From Candidatus Heimdallarchaeota archaeon (GTDB lineage: Archaea; Asgardarchaeota; Heimdallarchaeia; Heimdallarchaeales; Kariarchaeaceae): 31,727 nt of DNA. The translations under genes and the position numbers were made by a program. Numbering within the stretch: position 1 is the stretch's first letter; every line of letters begins with the position of its first letter. Below the pieces are notes generated by a model. The model had not been told where the DNA came from and made no database searches. It saw nothing but the letters and a program-made list of their open reading frames with translations. Where the stretch lies: assembly GCA_015523565.1 (NCBI GenBank), contig WAKA01000108.1:1-31727 (forward strand), in the 5' to 3' direction. Positions 26,526-31,727 of this stretch are shown here, piece by piece.

Positions 26526-27986
26526 ATGCGTTTCTTGATTGTTTCAATCATTGTGCTTTTGATTTTCATGCCAACTACCTTGGTAAAAATGCAAGAAACC
26601 CCTGTTTTTTCAAACATCAAGGTATCCAACAACAATTTCTATCTCCACCAAGTTGAACCAACAATGGTTCTAGGTTCCAATCACGAGGTTTTTATCGGAT
26701 ACAAGGAGGCACTGACATATAACGGAGGAGGTTATGCCGTTTCATTCACCAAATCGCTCGACGGGGGGGAAACATGGTCTCAGCCCTATCTCATGCCATC
26801 TCATCGGGGAAACACATCCCGACAGTCTGACGTATGGATGGATTACTTGAATGGAACGCTATACTATGCCTATCTTGACTTTGACAGTCTCTCAAGTGCT
26901 TCCCAAGTCACATTGGCTATCTCAACAAACAATGGGGACAACTGGACATTGGCACGGGCCAGCAACAATGACGGGTTTTCTGACAAGGAAACCATGACTG
27001 TTGACCCTGAAGGGAATATTTACATTGCATATGACGATGTTTTCTCAGCTACCTATTTTTCCTTGTCAAGGTCATTCGACAATGCCACAACTTTCGTTGA
27101 AAACACAACTTGGGCTGATGACGGCTTTGGGGATGGTTTAGGTCCCTTTATCCTTGCAAGCAAAAAAATCCCAGGATTACTGTACTTGGCTTACACCTAT
27201 CTTTCATACCCCGATCAAAGTGATATCCTGTTTGACTTCTCTTGGAACTACGGGGAAACTTGGCAAAAGGATATGGAACCCAACAAATTGTGGAATGCCT
27301 CCACTTTCGTCAATTACGGTGGAGGTCCAAGCCTTGTTACATTGCCTGTATTGGCTGAGGCTGACAATGGTCGCCTCTATCTTCTATGGGACGATGCCCA
27401 TCTTGGATTGAATCCCATCAATTTTGACGTATGGCTTGCATACTCTGATGATTTCGGTATCACTTGGTCTGATCCAATCCAAGTCAACCCCAATTCAAAC
27501 GGCAACCAATGGAGCCCTGCAATGGATGTCGACAAGTATGGCAACGCACACATAGTCTACTATGACAATAGCTCAGGCTCATATGATGTGTACTATCGGG
27601 TATACAATGCCCAAACCAATCAGTTCACCAAAGAAATCCGCGTCTCACAACAAAGCACTCCTGGGAACATGACACGCCCCGGTGAATACATGTCCGTTAA
27701 GATCGATAAGGACGGCTACTCTCACGTTGTCTGGGCAGACGGCAGGAATGGCGACATGGACATATATTATGGAAAGTCACAAACTACCCTTGTCCCTGAA
27801 CCCACAACAAATTCTTCTTCCCCAACCTCTTCACCAGCTTCTTCAACTTCCTCTGCAACCACCACCAGCTCTTCGGCAACATCAACCTCTTCTCAATCCC
27901 TGACATCCACAACTGAAAAATCTCCCTTTCCTCTAATCCCTGCAACCCTCATAATGGCTCTAATTATCATTAAAAGAAGAAGATAA
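26526..27986 (+). CDS. Surface Asp-box (BNR)/sialidase-like beta-propeller with Ser/Thr linker and C-terminal anchor
   Basis: Asp-boxes SLDGGETW, STNNGDNW, SFDNATTF, SWNYGETW, SDDFGITW; signal peptide; S/T stalk; SPFP-hydrophobic-KRRR. Confidence 0.88.
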   Translation: MRFLIVSIIVLLIFMPTTLVKMQETPVFSNIKVSNNNFYLHQVEPTMVLGSNHEVFIGYKEALTYNGGGYAVSFTKSLDGGETWSQPYLMPSHRGNTSRQSDVWMDYLNGTLYYAYLDFDSLSSASQVTLAISTNNGDNWTLARASNNDGFSDKETMTVDPEGNIYIAYDDVFSATYFSLSRSFDNATTFVENTTWADDGFGDGLGPFILASKKIPGLLYLAYTYLSYPDQSDILFDFSWNYGETWQKDMEPNKLWNASTFVNYGGGPSLVTLPVLAEADNGRLYLLWDDAHLGLNPINFDVWLAYSDDFGITWSDPIQVNPNSNGNQWSPAMDVDKYGNAHIVYYDNSSGSYDVYYRVYNAQTNQFTKEIRVSQQSTPGNMTRPGEYMSVKIDKDGYSHVVWADGRNGDMDIYYGKSQTTLVPEPTTNSSSPTSSPASSTSSATTTSSSATSTSSQSLTSTTEKSPFPLIPATLIMALIIIKRRR

Positions 27987-28174
27987 ATTCACATGAACAG
28001 CTAAAATATCCTCCCTATCATGAAATGGATTGAAATGCTCTATTTCATCAATTAATTGTTGGGATAGTGGATTATCCCACCTCTGGTCTACCCCAATCAG
28101 CAGATGGAAACCAACTGAAAATGAGATGACCAACAAAAAGACAGGGACAGGTCACTTTCCGAAACATTCTCAGA

Positions 28175-28187
28175 AAAGTTATTTTAG
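28175..28187 (+). promoter_or_regulatory. Putative BRE/TATA promoter (AAAGTTATTTTAG)
   Basis: TTATTTTA starts exactly 30 nt before TTG 28209; same motif and spacing precede the paralog at 31316. Confidence 0.6.
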
Positions 28188-28208
28188 GGTGTAAGAACCA
28201 TAAAAATA

Positions 28209-29015
28209 TTGGAAATCGTAAAGGATTGCAATGATAAAGTCAAAAAATTTGTCAAAACATGGCAAATGAACCTAAACAGGATGTCGCAACGATCCGCAGA
28301 GCTCATATTGCCTAACCTGTCATTTGTGAACCCAAAATGGGAAACACAGGGAAGAGTGGATGTCGTTGCATTCAGGGACGGTAGGGAATATCGGATCGAG
28401 ATAAAATTAGTCACTCCCTTAAATGAAAACAAAAGCCGTTTGAAAAACATCTTGACTAATATGGCACTGACAGCAAAGGCATTGGATTTCCTGCTGGTTA
28501 CCACCGTGGCAAAAAAATTTGAAATTCAGCAAGGATTTAAAAGTACCAAGATGTATTGTATTATAAGGATACTGGTGTCAAAAGTAGAGATCGAAACAAA
28601 AGACTCAGAACAACTGGCTGAGGAAATCCTAGAGAATGCAAGTCAGGAACTTGCTGACGACGAGGAGTTTCAAGCGATGTTGCAGGAAACGGTTTTGCAG
28701 TTGTACAATACCATCGAAGAGCAGGCAATGGAGACCCTTGCCTACAGGCAATCCCAAGCCGCAAAGATGATGAAGTTGGAAACCAAGGTGGATTCTTTGG
28801 AAAACAAAGTAGAGAACAAGGTGGATTCCTTGGAAAACAAAGTAGAGAACAAGGTGAACTCCTTGGAAAACAAGGTAGATAAAGTTGAAAAAAAAATTGA
28901 AAATGTCGAAAACGAGGTCAAGGACATTCGGAATGATCTCGGAAATCTTCATGGCAAAGTTGACGACGTCCTGTCCATCCTTAAAGAGTTTGCAGAAAAA
29001 AAGAATAGGGAATGA
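28209..29015 (+). CDS. PD-(D/E)xK-like domain plus C-terminal coiled coil
   Basis: GRVDVVA...YRIEIK; coiled-coil tail of KVDSLENKVEN repeats; colinear paralog at 31316. Confidence 0.7.
   Translation: MEIVKDCNDKVKKFVKTWQMNLNRMSQRSAELILPNLSFVNPKWETQGRVDVVAFRDGREYRIEIKLVTPLNENKSRLKNILTNMALTAKALDFLLVTTVAKKFEIQQGFKSTKMYCIIRILVSKVEIETKDSEQLAEEILENASQELADDEEFQAMLQETVLQLYNTIEEQAMETLAYRQSQAAKMMKLETKVDSLENKVENKVDSLENKVENKVNSLENKVDKVEKKIENVENEVKDIRNDLGNLHGKVDDVLSILKEFAEKKNRE
28785..28883 (+). repeat. Three in-frame 33-bp tandem repeats (11 aa, KVDSLENKVEN)
   Basis: Units start at 28785, 28818 and 28851. Units 1 and 2 differ by one base; unit 3 is more diverged. Confidence 0.95.
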
Positions 29016-29318
29016 ATAATTTGTCCTGCCGTATATTCCTCAAAAGTATCATAGCACTGCCATGGATAAATGGCAATTTTGCAGAATGATTGACAATATA
29101 TGTTTTGTAGTCAATTCATGGTCTAGTGTTGTGTGCTCTTCTCCCATTTTATTCAAGAAAAATTTTCTTCAAGAAAATGAAGAATTTCTCGTTTTTCTAG
29201 TGTTCAATGACTAAATATTTCCAATGGCTTTTCAAAGCATATAATCCTTTTACTCCTCCTTTTTTTATCAAATGATGGTAGAAAAACCGAAATGTTTATT
29301 GTTTTTTTCTACAAATCC

Positions 29319-30350
29319 ATGCGGTTCCACAGTTTTTCCGCACTGGTAACTATGACGATTTTGATGATGTCCCTGTTTGGAACAATGCCGTTCTTGTCGG
29401 CACAGGATGTTTCCTCATCCAAGGATACTGTTCCAAGCAGGGTGGGCTTGAATCAAGTTGAGGATCATGTCTCCGTTTCAAACACGAATGCCAACGATAC
29501 GGTCCCTGTTGAACCTGAGGTGTCCACCTCCATTCCTGCATTCACTAAGGAACGGAAAAGGCTTCGAATCATGGATTCCGTCATGGGCACCCCACGAAAC
29601 GGATCAAGACCCGACACGCTGCAATCCCCTACAACAGACACTGTTGGACGTAATCCTAGTGCCGTTGGCAGTGGTTCTGCAAAAGCCAATTTCCAGGATG
29701 GTGAGCCGATCCGAACAGCCAATGAGTACGGGTTTTGGAGAGCCACGTATTTCCGAAATGATTCTCGTGCAGAATTGGAATACATGCTGTCCATCGGTTA
29801 CCTGAACCCGAATGTCAATCCCACCGTCTATGTTGAGTTGACAAATGAGGACGACACCAGCGGACGATACTTTTATTTCTATGTTGACGGAGTGCTGAAA
29901 CACAGCCAAACAATCTACGGTTCGTCAACAACGGTAAGCTTCAGTTGCAGCAGTTGGTGCAGCTCCTATTCGACCTATCTCATAAAAGTTGTCATACGCT
30001 ATGGCGGAGCGGGTCATGGCTGGCGTTTGGACAAAATCTGGATCAACGACGCGACCATTGCATTCAACGCCTATGGCTCACCCCACTTGAATGTCAGCTA
30101 TCAATACCCGTACCAGACATTGACGGCATATGATTCAAACGGGGAAATCACCCCCAACTTCTCCAATCGATGGGATGACATTCCTGATCATTGTGCAACA
30201 CTACTTCCTTCAAATTGGATCAGTGATTTTGAGCACATTCTGTTTACTTACCCTGAGTTTGGCTCAATTTATTATTTTGCGAATTACTCTGGTGACCCGT
30301 CACCCCAAAACCTTTTTGACTTCCTCTCAATCACGGAGGTTACCCACTGA
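29319..30350 (+). CDS. Secreted protein with one copy of the beta-domain shared with 22239-23843 and a distinct C-terminus
   Basis: Signal peptide, low-complexity pro-region, then DDTSGRYFYFYVDG...VVIRYGGAGHGWRL. Start 29292 or 29319. Confidence 0.75.
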   Translation: MRFHSFSALVTMTILMMSLFGTMPFLSAQDVSSSKDTVPSRVGLNQVEDHVSVSNTNANDTVPVEPEVSTSIPAFTKERKRLRIMDSVMGTPRNGSRPDTLQSPTTDTVGRNPSAVGSGSAKANFQDGEPIRTANEYGFWRATYFRNDSRAELEYMLSIGYLNPNVNPTVYVELTNEDDTSGRYFYFYVDGVLKHSQTIYGSSTTVSFSCSSWCSSYSTYLIKVVIRYGGAGHGWRLDKIWINDATIAFNAYGSPHLNVSYQYPYQTLTAYDSNGEITPNFSNRWDDIPDHCATLLPSNWISDFEHILFTYPEFGSIYYFANYSGDPSPQNLFDFLSITEVTH

Positions 30351-31102
30351 TGAAACGATTATTGATGATGCTCTTAATCTCAAACTTTCTCTTTCTCACT
30401 GCTGTGAACGTACTGGCTATTCCAGGATATGATCCTGATTTCAAGGGGGGACATGAACGGATTGTGCATGTGTCTTGGATCTCCCATGAGGAATTCCCCA
30501 AATCCTTGATATCAAAGTTGGACAACTACAATACCTCCAAATTCTCCTATATTCTGATGAACTTCACCACAGAAATCTGGAACCCCAACGCCGTGCCTGT
30601 TCTGATCGGTTCTGACGATGTCTATAAAAAAGGAGCCCAACTCAAGGTCGAATCCAATACCATTAGAGTGGATGTCGCAGATCTTGTCGGCTGTTTTGAC
30701 AGCCATTACCCCAAAACGGATTCGAAAGACCAATCCTGCTCCAAAGAGCCTTCTTACGAATATAACCTGGCACCTGCTGGACTTTCCCGCATCAACGGCT
30801 CTGTCGTCGTCCGTTTCAATCAGTCTGGCGTGCTTGGTTGGCCAGAGGGAAACTATTCCATCTTCTTCTGGACTGGAAGTAGCATTCCTCTTCATATAGT
30901 CAGCAACAGTTCTGGCGTATTCCAAATCCCTGGTGAGATTCCTGATGATTGGGGCTCCATCAAGGGGTTGGGCTATCGTGCTACAGTATATGGGATACTT
31001 CCCTTGAGATCCATTGCCATTCTTTACGGTCCGATCCTGCTGGCAACCATATTTGTAGTCTGGAAGGTCAAGAAAAGGAACAATCAAAAGACTGGCAAAT
31101 AA
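30350..31102 (+). CDS. Secreted protein with C-terminal membrane anchor, unknown function
   Basis: TGATG overlap with the upstream stop; signal peptide; EIWNP motif; many N-x-S/T sequons; TM helix then KKR. Confidence 0.78.
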   Translation: MKRLLMMLLISNFLFLTAVNVLAIPGYDPDFKGGHERIVHVSWISHEEFPKSLISKLDNYNTSKFSYILMNFTTEIWNPNAVPVLIGSDDVYKKGAQLKVESNTIRVDVADLVGCFDSHYPKTDSKDQSCSKEPSYEYNLAPAGLSRINGSVVVRFNQSGVLGWPEGNYSIFFWTGSSIPLHIVSNSSGVFQIPGEIPDDWGSIKGLGYRATVYGILPLRSIAILYGPILLATIFVVWKVKKRNNQKTGK

Positions 31103-31281
31103 CATTTTTTGATGAATCTAGTTCTATAAAAGGATTCTTGTCCATTTTGCGTTAGTCATAATTCCTGATTTTTTGATGTTTCCCTGAAAAATTAACTCCC
31201 AACTCAATCTGGATTAATTGAAGGGGTTGCACGTGTTTCCACAATTTGCAAAAGCTTGTCATTCCTCTGCCTTTCTGCAAA

Positions 31282-31294
31282 AATGTTATTTTAA
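31282..31294 (+). promoter_or_regulatory. Putative BRE/TATA promoter (AATGTTATTTTAA)
   Basis: TTATTTTA at 31286, exactly 30 nt before TTG 31316, as for the paralog at 28209. Confidence 0.6.
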
Positions 31295-31315
31295 AATGAA
31301 TATCGTAAAAGATTA

Positions 31316-31727
31316 TTGAACCCCCAGAAGGTCTGCAACGATGAGGTGAATCAATTTGCCATCACGCAGTTCCACTCCCTCAACAGGCTCTCACAGGAAT
31401 CCGCAAGGCTTTTGTTGGACTGTTTTGTATTTTCAGATCCCGTTTGGGAGACCGAAGGCAGGGTCGATCTCATTGTATCCTCTGATACCGAAATATACAG
31501 GATCGAGATCAAGTTCATCTCCAAGCTGGACGAGAACAGGTATCGGCTGATCGACGCCATAAAAAAAACTCGGAGCGACATTGCCACAAAAAAGCTTGAC
31601 TTCCTTCTTGTGACAACCCTTGCAAAAAAATTTAGCAAGCACAAAGATTTTAAAAGGTTTGAAGGGTATTGTTTACTAGGGATACTTGTGTCAAAAGTGG
31701 AAATAGAGGAAACCCCCCCTGAAAAAC
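31316..31727 (+). CDS. Paralog of 28209-29015 (PD-(D/E)xK-like), truncated by the window end; absent from the ORF track
   Basis: Manual translation: MNPQKVCNDEV...LNRLSQESA...WETEGRVDLIV...YRIEIK...LDFLLVTTLAKKF...YCLLGILVSKVEIE. N-terminal part aligns ungapped with 28209. Confidence 0.85.
   Translation, partial: MNPQKVCNDEVNQFAITQFHSLNRLSQESARLLLDCFVFSDPVWETEGRVDLIVSSDTEIYRIEIKFISKLDENRYRLIDAIKKTRSDIATKKLDFLLVTTLAKKFSKHKDFKRFEGYCLLGILVSKVEIEETPPEK

Noticed and set aside
28143-28208. In-frame stop 7 codons upstream of both paralogs as readthrough or recoding
   Set aside because: The stop is TAG in one copy and TAA in the other and is part of the TTATTTTA TATA-like box. Protein similarity begins only at the TTG.
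28785-28883. 33-bp repeats as a CRISPR array
   Set aside because: Units are contiguous with no spacers, are in frame within a CDS, and no cas genes are present.
18485-31727. Calling the right half an integrated mobile element or provirus
   Set aside because: No integrase, transposase, capsid or replication gene, tRNA target or terminal repeat was seen; it is only accessory-like.
1-31727. tRNA, rRNA or structured ncRNA genes
   Set aside because: Intergenic regions are short and AT-rich, with no cloverleaf or GC-rich stems recognised by eye; tRNAscan-SE and Infernal were not run.

Overview
This 31.7 kb window is gene-dense, AT-rich archaeal DNA. The gene content suggests an Asgard archaeon, probably Heimdallarchaeia; this is inferred from Trm14, geranylgeranyl reductase, a uDENN/longin-like protein, a PIG-P/DPM2-like membrane protein and Pro/hydrophobic/KRRR C-terminal anchors. 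The left half (1-13.1 kb) holds housekeeping and isoprenoid/lipid genes: HxlR, Trm14, rhodanese, GGR, two MenA/UbiA prenyltransferases, an alpha/beta hydrolase and PlsC, with an isolated cheB among them. The middle (13.1-18.4 kb, minus strand) is a cheW / multi-CheW / cheY / cheA / cheC operon; no chemoreceptor, CheR, CheD, CheF or archaellum gene is present in the window. The right part (18.5-31.7 kb) looks accessory. It carries a Zn-finger / PD-(D/E)xK / unknown triad, a tandem-RHH plus Lys-rich pair, an AbrB-like pseudogene, an Asp-box surface protein and two paralogous PD-(D/E)xK genes with identically placed promoters. It also carries two 'secreted protein + membrane-anchored partner' modules whose first genes share a ~100-aa domain I cannot assign but have different C-termini. 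That effector/partner arrangement is the best candidate for an undescribed system. No rRNA, tRNA, CRISPR array or transposase was recognised. All calls come from manual motif reading; no database searches were run.
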